Assembly (NCBI GenBank): GCA_964387775.1
Contig: CAYLZO010000002.1
Location: forward strand, 8,003 to 72,002
Direction of reading: 5' to 3'
Origin: an uncultured Anaerolineaceae bacterium
Lineage (GTDB): Bacteria; Chloroflexota; Anaerolineae; JAAYZQ01
Length of the DNA stretch: 64,000 bases
A program made the translations under genes and the position numbers. The notes under the pieces were generated by a model. It made no database searches. It was not told where the DNA came from and worked only from the letters and a program-made list of their open reading frames with translations. Shown piece by piece: positions 41,166 through 53,427 of the stretch. The stretch's first letter is position 1, and every line of letters starts with the position of its first letter.

Positions 41166-41176
41166 CCCGGCCCGCG

Positions 41177-41205
41177 TTGCCTATCTGCCCCCTTTGGGTT
41201 ATCAT
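41177..41205 (+). promoter_or_regulatory. Sigma-70-like promoter for the Uma2 gene
   Basis: TTGCCT (41177-41182), a 17-nt spacer, then TATCAT (41200-41205). An AGGAGG RBS precedes ATG 41226. Confidence 0.4.
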
Positions 41206-41225
41206 GAGGCAGGAGGGAATGAGCC

Positions 41226-41996
41226 ATGAGCGAGAGAGATAACGTGACGGTGGCCGAGGTGAAGGAGCTGGTGATACGCGAGCTGCCCCGTTGGCTCCGG
41301 GAGACGCCGGCGTTCTGGGACCAACTGGACGTGGCGTGGCGTGAGCGCCCTTCCCGGCTGCGCATGAGCTACGACGAATTCCTGGCCTGGGCCGATGAGG
41401 ATACCCTGGCCGAGTGGGTGGATGGGGAGGTGATCATGTACAGCCCGGCTTCCCGGCGGCATCAAGACATCGCCGATTTCCTGACAAGTATCATGCGCTC
41501 CTTTGTGGAACAGTGGGACCTGGGGGTGATTTTGAGCACACCTTTCCAGATGAAGCTGTCCCGTTCAGGGCGAGAGCCGGACCTGTTGTTCGTGGCCCGC
41601 GAGCGCCTGGATCGGCTGAAGGCGACCTACCTCGACGGCCCGGCTGATCTGGCCGTGGAGATCGTCTCGGCGGAGAGCGAGAGGCGGGACCGCGTGACCA
41701 AGTTCTACGAGTACCAGGCGGAAGGCGTGCGAGAGTACTGGCTGATCGACCCCAACCGCCGTCAAGCCGAATTCTGCTGTCTGGGAGAGGATGGGCGGTA
41801 CGAGGCCGTCCAGCCTGGGGAGGAGGGGAAATTCCACTCCCAGACGCTGCCCGGCTTCTGGCTGCGGGCGGAGTGGCTGTGGCGGGAGCCGCTGCCTGCT
41901 GTGGCGCGCACTGCCTGGGAAATCATGGGCGTTGAGGAACTACACCGCTTGTTGGCCGAGTTGGGGCGCCCGGCTCCTGCTGGAGATGAGGAGTAG
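41226..41996 (+). CDS. Uma2 (DUF820) family putative endonuclease
   Basis: EWVDGEVIMYSPASRRHQDIADFL ... REPDLLFV ... PADLAVEIVSAESERRDRVTKFYEYQAEGVREYWLIDP is the PD-(D/E)xK-like Uma2 pattern. Confidence 0.8.
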   Translation: MSERDNVTVAEVKELVIRELPRWLRETPAFWDQLDVAWRERPSRLRMSYDEFLAWADEDTLAEWVDGEVIMYSPASRRHQDIADFLTSIMRSFVEQWDLGVILSTPFQMKLSRSGREPDLLFVARERLDRLKATYLDGPADLAVEIVSAESERRDRVTKFYEYQAEGVREYWLIDPNRRQAEFCCLGEDGRYEAVQPGEEGKFHSQTLPGFWLRAEWLWREPLPAVARTAWEIMGVEELHRLLAELGRPAPAGDEE

Positions 41997-42135
41997 GCGC
42001 CTCGGCGAGGAATCATGCCTGACGGGTTGGACACTCCCTCAAAATCCGTTAATCCTGCGCATCCGATGTTCTTCTGGCAGCGATGATTTTCGCCAATCTT
42101 ATTTGCGCCCAGTATCTTGCGAGGGGGTCTTTTGA

Positions 42136-44621
<2,486 letters not shown>

Positions 44622-44635
44622 CCGGAATAGGTCGG

Positions 44636-45691
44636 ATGGGTCAGATGGTGATGGATGACCGTGGAAGCAAGAGAATCGAGTCATCTGTGATTCTGGAGCA
44701 AATGATATTGTCCGGTGGGCCTCCTCGGAGTGGAACGATGCTCCTGGCCAAGATCTTGAACGCACATCCCGAGATATCGGTGGCCATGGACAACAGCGTT
44801 TATGAGAGCTGGAGCTTGTACTATTACCGCACGCGGCAAGGACTGGTTCAGGAACTCCGCGTCGGGATGCTGACCCCAGACCAGGCCCGGGCGCGCATGC
44901 TGGAATATCTGGTCAAAGATGGGCAGGTGTGGGGAGTCGCGCCCTCACCGAAGGTGGCCGGGTACCCGCTGGCTCCGGCGCCGGTTCGTCCTGGCTCTGA
45001 TGAACCCGTGCGATGGGGATTCACTTGGAGGATAAGTCGTTCGGTTCGACGGCGTTTGGGGTGGAGGGGGACTGACCCGCACAGATTCGTGCGGCACCGT
45101 GTGCCTGTGGCGTCCTATCGCGACGATCTACGGCTCTGCCTGAAATCGCCCGAGATCGTGTTCGTACTGCCTGAACTGGTCAGGGCTTTTCCACAATCCA
45201 AGATCGTGCTGGTCTACCGGCCAATTATCGAGATTGCCGAGTCTATGTATCGCAAAGGGTTTGAATGGCGGTTGTCATCCTATCACCGGCGTTGGAAGCA
45301 AGAAGTCGACGAATACGGCGATCTGATTCCGCCGCCGGGTGTACCCGAGAAATGGCGTGAATTGTGGTCTGGGGTGAGTGATTTTCAGCGATGCGTTATC
45401 TATGCCGCGAGTTATCTGCGGGCCATGGCCTTGGATGTTCCCAAACTCCCGGAGCCGGTCTTTATCTACGATCACGTCGACTTGAGGCAAGAGCCCTCAT
45501 CCGTGCTCGATCCTCTGGCTGAGTACCTGGGGGTAGAGGCTGGCGGCTGGCAAAGGGCGACCAAAATGATACAGAAAACGAGGCCCAAGGTTTCTTTGGA
45601 ACTCGAGATAGAGTATGCCGAAATCGCGCCGGAGATTGCCGTTCAAGAATGGAGCACGCGGATTGCGCGCCTTGCTACGAAAGGCTATTAG
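44636..45691 (+). CDS. Sulfotransferase-family protein (ST1)
   Basis: PAPS 5'-phosphosulfate-binding loop GGPPRSGTMLLAKIL. Later LVYRPIIEIAESMYRKG (3'-phosphate-binding-like R...S). Confidence 0.7.
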   Translation: MGQMVMDDRGSKRIESSVILEQMILSGGPPRSGTMLLAKILNAHPEISVAMDNSVYESWSLYYYRTRQGLVQELRVGMLTPDQARARMLEYLVKDGQVWGVAPSPKVAGYPLAPAPVRPGSDEPVRWGFTWRISRSVRRRLGWRGTDPHRFVRHRVPVASYRDDLRLCLKSPEIVFVLPELVRAFPQSKIVLVYRPIIEIAESMYRKGFEWRLSSYHRRWKQEVDEYGDLIPPPGVPEKWRELWSGVSDFQRCVIYAASYLRAMALDVPKLPEPVFIYDHVDLRQEPSSVLDPLAEYLGVEAGGWQRATKMIQKTRPKVSLELEIEYAEIAPEIAVQEWSTRIARLATKGY

Positions 45692-45697
45692 TCGTCC

Positions 45698-46576
45698 ATG
45701 TTTTTTGTTGTCAGCACTGGCCGATCCGGAAGCAAGACGATAGCGCACATGCTCTCTTTGGTAGAGGGATGTGTTTGTCTGCACGAGCCGCCCCCAGAGT
45801 TGATCCTGGAATCATCGGCCTATCGCTACGGCAGCATCGATGAAGCCGAGCTGCGAGCGATCTTGGAGAAGACACGGTCTCCTTACGTAAATGGGTCCGT
45901 ATACTGCGAATCCAATCAGACCCTGTCTCTCATTATCCCCGTCTTGGTCGATGTGTTTCCTCAAGCTCGCTACGTCTGGCTCATGCGCAATGGCCTGGAC
46001 ACGGTTGCTTCGGCCTATAGTAAGCAGTGGTACAGTGGCCACTCGGAGAACCACGATCGCTACGAAGATTGTTCCCCGCTGGAGCAAGCCTGGATTGACG
46101 GTCGCATTGAGGGGGATCTTTGCGGCGATGTGAGCTCGAAACAATGGGTGCAACTGGATCGGTTTGAGCGCTGCTGCTGGTATTGGAGCTATGTCACGCG
46201 GCTCATAGGATCGGATTTGCAGACATATGCCCCTGATCGCTTCCGGCTCTTGCGGCTGGAAGAACTGGATCGGCAGTTTCCCGATATTCTCCGCTGGATG
46301 GGCTCGAAAGCAGCGATTGTTCCCGTAGCCAAGCAGATTAATGTTGGCAAGCGGGAGCCTTATCCCTGGACGGCCTGGACCCCTGAACAGCGCAGCACCT
46401 TTGAATACTGGTGTAGCGACCTGATGGATCGTTTCTATCCCTCATGGCGCACGCCCACCGGGGAATGGCGGGGCATCGAGTACGTCGCCCGTTCTGATTT
46501 ACTTGCCAGGGTGGCCCGCATATACAGATTGGTGCGGCTTGTAAACGCCTGGCTGGCACCCAATCGGGTACGATGA
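45698..46576 (+). CDS. Sulfotransferase-family protein (ST2)
   Basis: MFFVVSTGRSGSKTIAHML loop, and WLMRNGLDTVASAYSK. Confidence 0.65.
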   Translation: MFFVVSTGRSGSKTIAHMLSLVEGCVCLHEPPPELILESSAYRYGSIDEAELRAILEKTRSPYVNGSVYCESNQTLSLIIPVLVDVFPQARYVWLMRNGLDTVASAYSKQWYSGHSENHDRYEDCSPLEQAWIDGRIEGDLCGDVSSKQWVQLDRFERCCWYWSYVTRLIGSDLQTYAPDRFRLLRLEELDRQFPDILRWMGSKAAIVPVAKQINVGKREPYPWTAWTPEQRSTFEYWCSDLMDRFYPSWRTPTGEWRGIEYVARSDLLARVARIYRLVRLVNAWLAPNRVR

Positions 46577-47562
46577 AGATCTCGGTGTTCATCACGTCTT
46601 ACAATCAGAAGCAGTATCTGATCGAGGCGATTGACAGCGTCCTGGCACAAACCTTGCCACCCACCCAGATCGTCATCGTGGACGATTGCTCCCAGGATGG
46701 CTCCCAGGAAGTGATCGCGGGCTATGCCTCCCGATACCCAGATCTCATCACGCCGATCTATCATGCCCATAACCGAGGAGTATCCCAGACTCGCATTGAT
46801 GCGTTGAGTGTTGTGACAGGCGACTATGTGACCTATGTCGATGGGGACGACAGGTTTCTCCCTGACAAACTCGAAAAAGAAGCCGGGGTTCTGCGTGGAC
46901 ATCCGATCGCCAAGATTGTATTTGCAAACAACTACCATATCACCGATGAGGGAGTTCGAACCAAGGTATGGGCGGACGAGGAACTGCCGCCAGGAGGGGA
47001 CGTTTTCTGCCAGACGTTTGCCCGGGATTTCCCTAGACATAATCTTTTCCGAATGGAGCTGGTGGATTATCGGTCCTGGAAACGTGTTGGCTTTCACGAT
47101 CCCGATCTGCGTCTGTACGAAGATTGGGACATGCGCATTCGTTTGACAAAACACTACCAGGTTGCGTATTGCAATCAATTGCTTTCCGAGATCCGCGTTC
47201 ACCGAAAAGGACTCTCCAGTGCGGGTGCGGCTGAACATCTGGCCGCTTTGGAGCACATCGTGCAAAAGAATGCACACCTGTTGGATGATATTGAGCCTCA
47301 GCAGCGCCGCTACGTGCATCAGAGACTAGACGAGCGCCGGGCAAGGATGATGCGGCGTGGGGCAAGAGAGGCGCTGGGCGTGAAACCTGGTCAAAAGGCA
47401 GAGCGAAAGCAGGCGCTGGCGCTCTATATCCAGAGCTGGAGGTACCAGCCGCTCTACTTCGACCACGAACTACTCTTTCGGCTTATACTGCCCAGGGGGG
47501 CATACCGATTGTTGAAAAGCATGTCCGTTGGGTTCAGGCTGCGCAAGCATTCAGGTCAGTGA
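46573..47562 (+). CDS. Family 2 glycosyltransferase
   Basis: ISVFITSYNQKQYLIEAIDSVLAQT ... IVIVDDCSQDGS ... YVDGDD. ATGA overlap with ST2. Confidence 0.85.
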   Translation: MKISVFITSYNQKQYLIEAIDSVLAQTLPPTQIVIVDDCSQDGSQEVIAGYASRYPDLITPIYHAHNRGVSQTRIDALSVVTGDYVTYVDGDDRFLPDKLEKEAGVLRGHPIAKIVFANNYHITDEGVRTKVWADEELPPGGDVFCQTFARDFPRHNLFRMELVDYRSWKRVGFHDPDLRLYEDWDMRIRLTKHYQVAYCNQLLSEIRVHRKGLSSAGAAEHLAALEHIVQKNAHLLDDIEPQQRRYVHQRLDERRARMMRRGAREALGVKPGQKAERKQALALYIQSWRYQPLYFDHELLFRLILPRGAYRLLKSMSVGFRLRKHSGQ

Positions 47563-48572
47563 TGCATTTTTCCAGTGACAATTTGATTCTTCTCATCTCC
47601 CAGCCCCGCGCCGGCTCGACGATGCTGCAGCGCATCCTGGCCGGCCATTCAGAGGTGTACACCACCGCCGAGCCGTGGCTCATGCTTCACCCGGTCTATG
47701 CCCTGCGCGAGGAGGGCCACGAGGCCGAGTATGGGGCGCGCACCGCCTACCGCGCTCTACAAGACTTTCTTGGCACGCTCAACGGCGGCGAGGCGCATTA
47801 CCTGGCGGCGCTGCGTGCCATGGGCCTGCACCTGTATGGCGCCGCCTGCCAGCAGGCCGGCAAACCTTACTTCCTGGACAAGACGCCGCGCTACTTTTTC
47901 ATCATCCCCGAGTTGGCCCGGATTTTCCCTGAGGCGCGGTTCATCCTCTTGCAACGCAACCCCCTGGCTGTGCTGGCCTCCATCCTGCACACCTGGGTCC
48001 AGGGGGATTGGATCCGGCTAGCGCGCCACTACGACAACCTGGTCCAGGCCCCGTGCTTCTTGCTGGAGGGCGCCGAGTTGTTGGACGAGCGGGCCATCGT
48101 CGTCCAGTACGAAAAGCTGGTGGAAGAGCCGGCGTCGCAGGTGGCCGAGCTGTGCGCTCGGTTGGGCCTGACTTTCGAGCCAGACATGGTCGACTATGGG
48201 ACGCGGCCCGCCTTTGAGGGCCGCTACGGAGATCCCGCCGGCGTGGAGCAGCACACGCGGCCCAGCGCCGCCAGCCTAGATCGCTGGCTGGAACTGGGAC
48301 GATCGCGCCAGGGGCGGCACCTCGCCGGAGCCTACCTGGCTGCCCTGGGGCCGGAGCTGGTGGCGGCCCTGGGCTACGACGCCGCCGAACTGGCCGCCCG
48401 CCTGGAGGCCGAGCCGCTCACCGAGCGGGGCCTGGTCGTCTCCTGGGATCGCATCTTTGGCAAGCCCACGTTTGCCAACCGGCTGTCGTTGATCCTGGGC
48501 GAACTGCTGCAAAAGCGCCAGCCGGCCCACGCCGGCCGCCAGATCGCCAAGCTGCTGCTGGGGCGCCTGTGA
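47562..48572 (+). CDS. Sulfotransferase-family protein (ST3)
   Basis: LILLISQPRAGSTMLQRIL loop, and ILLQRNPLAVLASILH. TGATG overlap with the preceding GT2 gene. Confidence 0.65.
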   Translation: MHFSSDNLILLISQPRAGSTMLQRILAGHSEVYTTAEPWLMLHPVYALREEGHEAEYGARTAYRALQDFLGTLNGGEAHYLAALRAMGLHLYGAACQQAGKPYFLDKTPRYFFIIPELARIFPEARFILLQRNPLAVLASILHTWVQGDWIRLARHYDNLVQAPCFLLEGAELLDERAIVVQYEKLVEEPASQVAELCARLGLTFEPDMVDYGTRPAFEGRYGDPAGVEQHTRPSAASLDRWLELGRSRQGRHLAGAYLAALGPELVAALGYDAAELAARLEAEPLTERGLVVSWDRIFGKPTFANRLSLILGELLQKRQPAHAGRQIAKLLLGRL

Positions 48573-48591
48573 GCCGGGGAGGGTAGAAACA

Positions 48592-49488
48592 GTGTCCACG
48601 TCAGGCAGGTTGCACCGGGGTCTCACCCGCCGCATCGGCCGGGTCGTCCATCCCCTCTGGCCCGGCGAGATCCGTGACGTCGTATTCGTCGTCGGCTGCC
48701 CCCGCTCGGGCACGTCGGTCTTTGGCCGCATCCTGAGCCGCTATCCCGATTTTCTCTACATGCACGAGCCGCGCTACATCTGGCGGGGGGTCAACCCCGC
48801 GTTGAACGTCTGGCGCGGCCACGAGACGCGGGGCTGGCTGGCCTGGGACGCCGGCGATGTGAACGAGCAGGATCGCCGCCGCCTGGCGCGCTGGTTCCAC
48901 CTGGCGTTGACCCTCAGCTTTCGCCGGCGGCTGGTGGAAAAGATGCCGCTCAACGTCTTCCGGCTGCCCTGGCTGGCGGCTACCTTCCCCGAGGCGCAGT
49001 TCATCCATGTCGTCCGCCACGCCCGCGACGCGGCGCTGTCGCTGCAAGAGGCCGTGGGCCGCTGGTTTTCGGCCGAGCGGGGTTACGAGCCGGGCCACTG
49101 GGCGTCGAGTTGGAACTATCTCATGTTCGAGGAATACGCCGAGGGCCTGCCCGAACTGCGCGACAAGGTTCCCCTGGTCCGCGCCCACGACGACGATTAT
49201 GCGCGCGGGCTGCTCGTCTGGCTGTGCTCTGTGTGGGCCGGTCGCCAGGCCGGTCGGGAGCTGGGCGAAGCGCGCTACCTGGAGGTCCGCTACGAACCGC
49301 TGGTGGCCGACCCAGCCGCCGAACTGCGCCGCGTCCTGGACTTTTTGGGGGAGCCGTTCGACGCGGCCCCGGCGGACCACGCCCGCGCCGTGCTGCACCG
49401 GGGGTCGCTGCGCAAACCCGACCCCAATCCCCAGGCCACGCGGGCCATCGCTGGCGATCTGCTGGCCGAGTTGGGCTACGAGGTGTAA
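48592..49488 (+). CDS. Sulfotransferase-family protein (ST4)
   Basis: VVFVVGCPRSGTSVFGRIL loop, and FIHVVRHARDAALSLQE. GTG start; the exact start is uncertain. Confidence 0.7.
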   Translation: MSTSGRLHRGLTRRIGRVVHPLWPGEIRDVVFVVGCPRSGTSVFGRILSRYPDFLYMHEPRYIWRGVNPALNVWRGHETRGWLAWDAGDVNEQDRRRLARWFHLALTLSFRRRLVEKMPLNVFRLPWLAATFPEAQFIHVVRHARDAALSLQEAVGRWFSAERGYEPGHWASSWNYLMFEEYAEGLPELRDKVPLVRAHDDDYARGLLVWLCSVWAGRQAGRELGEARYLEVRYEPLVADPAAELRRVLDFLGEPFDAAPADHARAVLHRGSLRKPDPNPQATRAIAGDLLAELGYEV

Positions 49489-49494
49489 AGACCG

Positions 49495-50346
49495 ATGACC
49501 GACCTGCCCTGGGTGTCCATCGTGACGCCGTCTTACAACCAGGCGCAGTACCTCGAAGAGACGCTGCGCTCGGTGCTCGACCAGGGCTATCCCAACCTGG
49601 AGTACATCGTCATGGACGGCGGCTCCACCGACGGCAGTGTGGACGTGATTCGTAAATACGAGGATCGGCTGGCCTACTGGGTCAGCGAGCCGGACGACGG
49701 CCAGGCCGACGCCATCAATCGCGGCTTTGCGCGGGCGACGGGCCACATCCTGGCCTGGCTCAACTCCGACGATACCTACGAGCCGGGCGCCATCCGGGCC
49801 GTGGTGGACGCCTTCCGGGCCCATCCCGAGGCGCGGCTGGTCTATGGCGAGGGTTGGTACATCGACCCCGCCGGTGAGCGCATCCGGCCCTGCAAATTCG
49901 TGCGCGACCGCTTTCCGGCCAGTTATATTTGCAACAAGGACCCCATTTTGCAGCAGGCCGCTTTCTGGACCCGCGACTTGTGGGACGAGGTCGGCCCGTT
50001 GAACGAAGCCTTGAACTGGGTCTTTGACTGGGAGTGGTTCATCCGCGCCCACCGAGCCACCCAGTTTCACTACCTGCCCCGTTTCCTGGGCAGCTATCGC
50101 GTCCATCCCCAGGCCAAGACGCGCACCAAGGATGTGGCGCGGCGCCAGGAGCACGCCTGGATCACGCGCACCTACGGCGCCTGGTGGCATCCCAACTATC
50201 TCGTGCAGCGGGCGCGCATCGTGTCTCACCGGGTGGATGCGGCCACGGCCCGCTGGCCTCGCTGGCTGGCGGCTCCGATGCAGGCGCTGGCCGCCCTGCC
50301 CCGGCGCGCCGCCGAGCACCTGTTCTACGGGATGTACACGACCTGA
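49495..50346 (+). CDS. Family 2 glycosyltransferase
   Basis: [42 protein letters not shown] ... LNSDD. Confidence 0.85.
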   Translation: MTDLPWVSIVTPSYNQAQYLEETLRSVLDQGYPNLEYIVMDGGSTDGSVDVIRKYEDRLAYWVSEPDDGQADAINRGFARATGHILAWLNSDDTYEPGAIRAVVDAFRAHPEARLVYGEGWYIDPAGERIRPCKFVRDRFPASYICNKDPILQQAAFWTRDLWDEVGPLNEALNWVFDWEWFIRAHRATQFHYLPRFLGSYRVHPQAKTRTKDVARRQEHAWITRTYGAWWHPNYLVQRARIVSHRVDAATARWPRWLAAPMQALAALPRRAAEHLFYGMYTT

Positions 50347-50347
50347 C

Positions 50348-51412
50348 ATGGAACTCACCGTCGCCTTTTTGCCCGTCTACCAAAACCCCTACCAGCACCT
50401 GCTCACCGCCGAGTTGGAAAAGCTCGGCGTCCACGTCGAGCACCTGGACGGCATGCCTTCGGCGGCCTGGCTGCTGCGCAACCGGGGGCGGGTGCGCGTG
50501 CTCCACCTCCACTGGCTCTACGGCCTCTACATGAAGCACCTGCTGACGCCCGCCCGCCTGCTGGCCTTCCTGGCCCGCTTCCATCTGGCGCGGCACCTGG
50601 GTTACCGCTTCGTCTGGACTGTCCATAACATCCTCCCCCACCGCCAGCCCTTCCCGCCCATGCACCGCCTGGTCCGCCGCCTGGTGATGCGCCGCGCCAG
50701 CGCCGTCATCGCTCACTGCGAATATGGCCGCCGCGAGATTCTGCGCCTCTTTCCCAGCGACGTGCCGGTCCACGTCGTGCCCCACGGCAACTATGCCGGC
50801 GTCCACCCCGTGACCGTGACCCGCACCGAGGCCCGCGCCGCGCTGGACATCGAGCCGGGACGTTTCGTCTACGCGCTGTTGGGCAATATCTCGGCCTACA
50901 AGGGGGTCGAAGCCTTCGTCGCGTCCTTCCAGGCCGGCGCCGGGCCGGATGACGTGGCCCTCGTCGCCGGGCGCAACCGGGCGCCGGCCCTGGTCGAGCG
51001 GCTGGAGGCCCTGGCCGCCGCCGACCCGCGCCTGCGCATCCACGCCGGCTTTATCCCTGACGACGCGATGCAGTGCTACTTGCTGGCTTCCGACGTGGCC
51101 GTTTTCTGTTTCCGCGAGGTGCTGACCAGCGGCTCGGTGCTCCTGGCCATGACCTACGGCCTGCCCGTCATCGCGCCCGCCCGCGGCTGCCTGCCCGAAT
51201 TGGTCACGCCCGAAGCCGGCCTGCTCTACGACCCCGACGACCCGGCGGCCCTGGGCCAGGCGCTGCGACGCATCAAGAATCTGGACGCGGCCCAGATGGG
51301 CGCCGAGGCACGACGCATCGCCGACGAGTTGCGTTGGGGGGACATTGCCCGCCAGACGGCGGCCGTCTACCGGGCGTGCCTGTCAGGCCCGCACCCGGCG
51401 TGGGGCATTTGA
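50348..51412 (+). CDS. GT-B fold (group 1-like) glycosyltransferase
   Basis: Starts at ATG 50348 (MELTVAFLPVYQNPYQHLL), 1 nt after the GT2 stop. The C-terminal half has FCFREVLTSGSVLLAMTYGLPVIAP (EX7E-like region). The 462-aa ORF in the track is an overlapping extension. Confidence 0.7.
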   Translation: MELTVAFLPVYQNPYQHLLTAELEKLGVHVEHLDGMPSAAWLLRNRGRVRVLHLHWLYGLYMKHLLTPARLLAFLARFHLARHLGYRFVWTVHNILPHRQPFPPMHRLVRRLVMRRASAVIAHCEYGRREILRLFPSDVPVHVVPHGNYAGVHPVTVTRTEARAALDIEPGRFVYALLGNISAYKGVEAFVASFQAGAGPDDVALVAGRNRAPALVERLEALAAADPRLRIHAGFIPDDAMQCYLLASDVAVFCFREVLTSGSVLLAMTYGLPVIAPARGCLPELVTPEAGLLYDPDDPAALGQALRRIKNLDAAQMGAEARRIADELRWGDIARQTAAVYRACLSGPHPAWGI

Positions 51413-51437
51413 TCTCCCAGACGGCCTGTGCTACAAT
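51409..51437 (+). promoter_or_regulatory. Sigma-70-like promoter (extended -10) for the MNT/HEPN pair
   Basis: TTGATC (51409-51414), a 17-nt spacer, then TGcTACAAT (hexamer 51432-51437). It overlaps the stop codon of the upstream GT gene. Confidence 0.45.
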
Positions 51438-51454
51438 GTCGTGGGACTGGCAAA

Positions 51455-51829
51455 ATGGCAAGTGACAAGGCGCAAAGCAAACCCTTTGACACGAGTGTAC
51501 TCGATGCCGCGCTGGAGCAGCAGCGGGAGGCCCTCGAACAGGAGCGACGGCAGGTCGTAGCCCGGCTTCTGTCGCTCCTGGACCGCTGGGGGCCGGTTTA
51601 TGGCATCCGCCGGGCGTATCTATTCGGCTCGGTGGCCCATCCGGGTCGCTTCCGGTCCGATTCGGACGTGGACCTGGCCGTGGACCAGATCGATCCGCTG
51701 TCGTTTTTCCGTGCCTGGGGGCGACTTTCCGGCGATCTGGGCCGGCCCTTGGATCTGGTCGAGATGGCGCATTGTCCTTTTGCCAACAAGATCCGGCGTG
51801 AGGGAATCAAATGGACCCAATCCGCTTAA
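51455..51829 (+). CDS. Nucleotidyltransferase-domain antitoxin (MNT-like)
   Basis: RRAYLFGSVAHPGRFRSDSDVDLAVD is the minimal nucleotidyltransferase GS...D.D motif. It overlaps the next ORF by 19 nt. Confidence 0.75.
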   Translation: MASDKAQSKPFDTSVLDAALEQQREALEQERRQVVARLLSLLDRWGPVYGIRRAYLFGSVAHPGRFRSDSDVDLAVDQIDPLSFFRAWGRLSGDLGRPLDLVEMAHCPFANKIRREGIKWTQSA

Positions 51830-52284
51830 AAGTATTGGAGGCTGAAGTGCAGGTCCAATGGGCGTCCATAAACGATCTGTACACCACGGTCGAGGCGCGG
51901 GCCCAGGGCCTGCGGCCCGACGACCCCGCTTCCCTGGAGGGCCTGGCCTATCAACTGCACAACCTCTACAACGCCCTGGAAGACCTGTTCAAAATCGTGG
52001 CCGACGCTTTCGAAAACAGTGTGACGGACACGAGCCGCTGGCACACAGAGCTTTTGGGTCGGATGCGACTAGAGATCGAGGGGGTGAGGCCGGCCTTGAT
52101 TTCCACGGGGCTTTATCCCCTGTTGGACGAACTGCGAGCTTTTCGCCACTTTTTCCGTCACGCCTATGGCCGACGGCTGGAAGAGGCCCGGGTGCAGCTT
52201 GTGCTGGACCGGGCGAGGGAAGCCAGGTCCCTCTTGCAGCAAGATGTGACCGGCTTTTTGTCCCAACTGGGTTCCGATCGCTAG
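51811..52284 (+). CDS. HEPN-like putative toxin (partner of MNT)
   Basis: 157 aa, all-helical in appearance. The R-x4-H-type motif LRAFRHFFRHAYG resembles the RN(x)3H(x)Y motif of HI0074/HepT-type HEPN proteins. Position is directly after the MNT gene. Confidence 0.6.
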   Translation: MDPIRLKVLEAEVQVQWASINDLYTTVEARAQGLRPDDPASLEGLAYQLHNLYNALEDLFKIVADAFENSVTDTSRWHTELLGRMRLEIEGVRPALISTGLYPLLDELRAFRHFFRHAYGRRLEEARVQLVLDRAREARSLLQQDVTGFLSQLGSDR

Positions 52285-52290
52285 GGGTAG

Positions 52291-53427
52291 ATGGCCAAAG
52301 TCTGCATCCTGTCCAGCGTCCACGACGCCCTGGACAACCGCGTCTTTTACCGCGAGGCCCGCAGCCTGCAGCGCGCCGGCTACGACGTGACCCTGGTCGC
52401 CATCCACGGCCGGGACGAGGTCAAGGACGGCGTGCGCATCGTCAGCCTGCCGCGGCTGCCGCGCTGGCAGCGCCCCCGCCTGTGGCTCACGCTGCTGCGC
52501 CACGCGCTGAATGCCGAGGCCGACGTCTACCACTTTCACGACCCCGAGCTGCTGCTGGTGGCGCCCTGGCTGCGCCTGCTGACCGGCAAGCCGACCATCT
52601 ACGACGTGCACGAGGCCTACCCTGATTTTGTCCGGGTCAAGGACTATTTGCCGCGCTGGGTGCGCGATCCGGTCGCCTGGACTTTTGGCTGGCTGGAGCC
52701 GCTGCTGGCCCGCTTGCAGAGCGGCCTCGTCTTTGCCGACGACCAGATCGCCGCGGCGTTCCAGGGCGTCCGGCGGCCCAAGACGACGTTGTTCAACTTT
52801 CCGGCATTGAGCTTTGTGGAGGAGGCCGCTGCCGCCACGCGCGACATCGAGCAACGCGAGCCCGTGGTCCTCTACCTGGGCGGCCTGGAGCGTAATCGCG
52901 GCTCGCGGCTGATGGTCGAAGCTTTTGCCCGGGTGCTGGCCGAGTATCCGCAAGCGCGGCTGCTGCACGTCGGCCACATGGCCCCGCCCGATCTGGCCGA
53001 CGAGGTGCGCGCCGACCTGGACGCGCGGGGCATCGAGGCGGCCGTGACGTTGGCCGGGCGCGTGCCGTTCGAGCAGATCGGCGCCTATCTGCAGCGCGCC
53101 GCCGTGGGCTGGGTCACCTGGCAGCCGGTGCCCAAAAACGAGAAGAACATCCCGACCAAGCTCTTTGAGTACATGGCCTACGGGCTGCCGGTGGTCAGCA
53201 GCAGCCTGGCCAGCACGCGGCCCTTTGTCCGGCCGGGCGAGAATGGCTTCCTGGTCACGGCCGACGATCCGAGCGCCCACGCCGGGGCGATCCTGCACCT
53301 CTTGCGGCGGCCCGGAGAGGCGGCGGCCATGGGCCGGCGGGGCCAGGCGATGGTCCGCGCTCGCTACAATTGGGCCGAGATGGAGAAAAAGCTGTTGAAA
53401 CTGTATGAAGAACTATTAAAACCCTAA
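52291..53427 (+). CDS. GT4-family (group 1) glycosyltransferase
   Basis: MAKVCILSSVHDALDNRVFYREARSLQRAGYDVTLV N-terminus. C-terminal EYMAYGLPVVSS ... GENGFLV (EX7E region). Confidence 0.8.
   Translation: MAKVCILSSVHDALDNRVFYREARSLQRAGYDVTLVAIHGRDEVKDGVRIVSLPRLPRWQRPRLWLTLLRHALNAEADVYHFHDPELLLVAPWLRLLTGKPTIYDVHEAYPDFVRVKDYLPRWVRDPVAWTFGWLEPLLARLQSGLVFADDQIAAAFQGVRRPKTTLFNFPALSFVEEAAAATRDIEQREPVVLYLGGLERNRGSRLMVEAFARVLAEYPQARLLHVGHMAPPDLADEVRADLDARGIEAAVTLAGRVPFEQIGAYLQRAAVGWVTWQPVPKNEKNIPTKLFEYMAYGLPVVSSSLASTRPFVRPGENGFLVTADDPSAHAGAILHLLRRPGEAAAMGRRGQAMVRARYNWAEMEKKLLKLYEELLKP

Noticed and set aside
50024-50347. 108-codon upstream extension of the GT1 gene (462-aa ORF in the track).
   Set aside because: It overlaps the end of the preceding GT2 gene in another frame and is Pro/Arg/Ala-rich. 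ATG 50348 lies 1 nt after the GT2 stop and starts a sensible GT-B N-terminus.
48601-50358. 585-aa minus-strand ORF across ST4 and a GT2 gene, and a 509-aa minus-strand ORF at 60135-61664 across the TPR region.
   Set aside because: Same reasoning. The plus-strand frames carry clear sulfotransferase, GT2 and TPR motifs, and the antisense translations are low-complexity.
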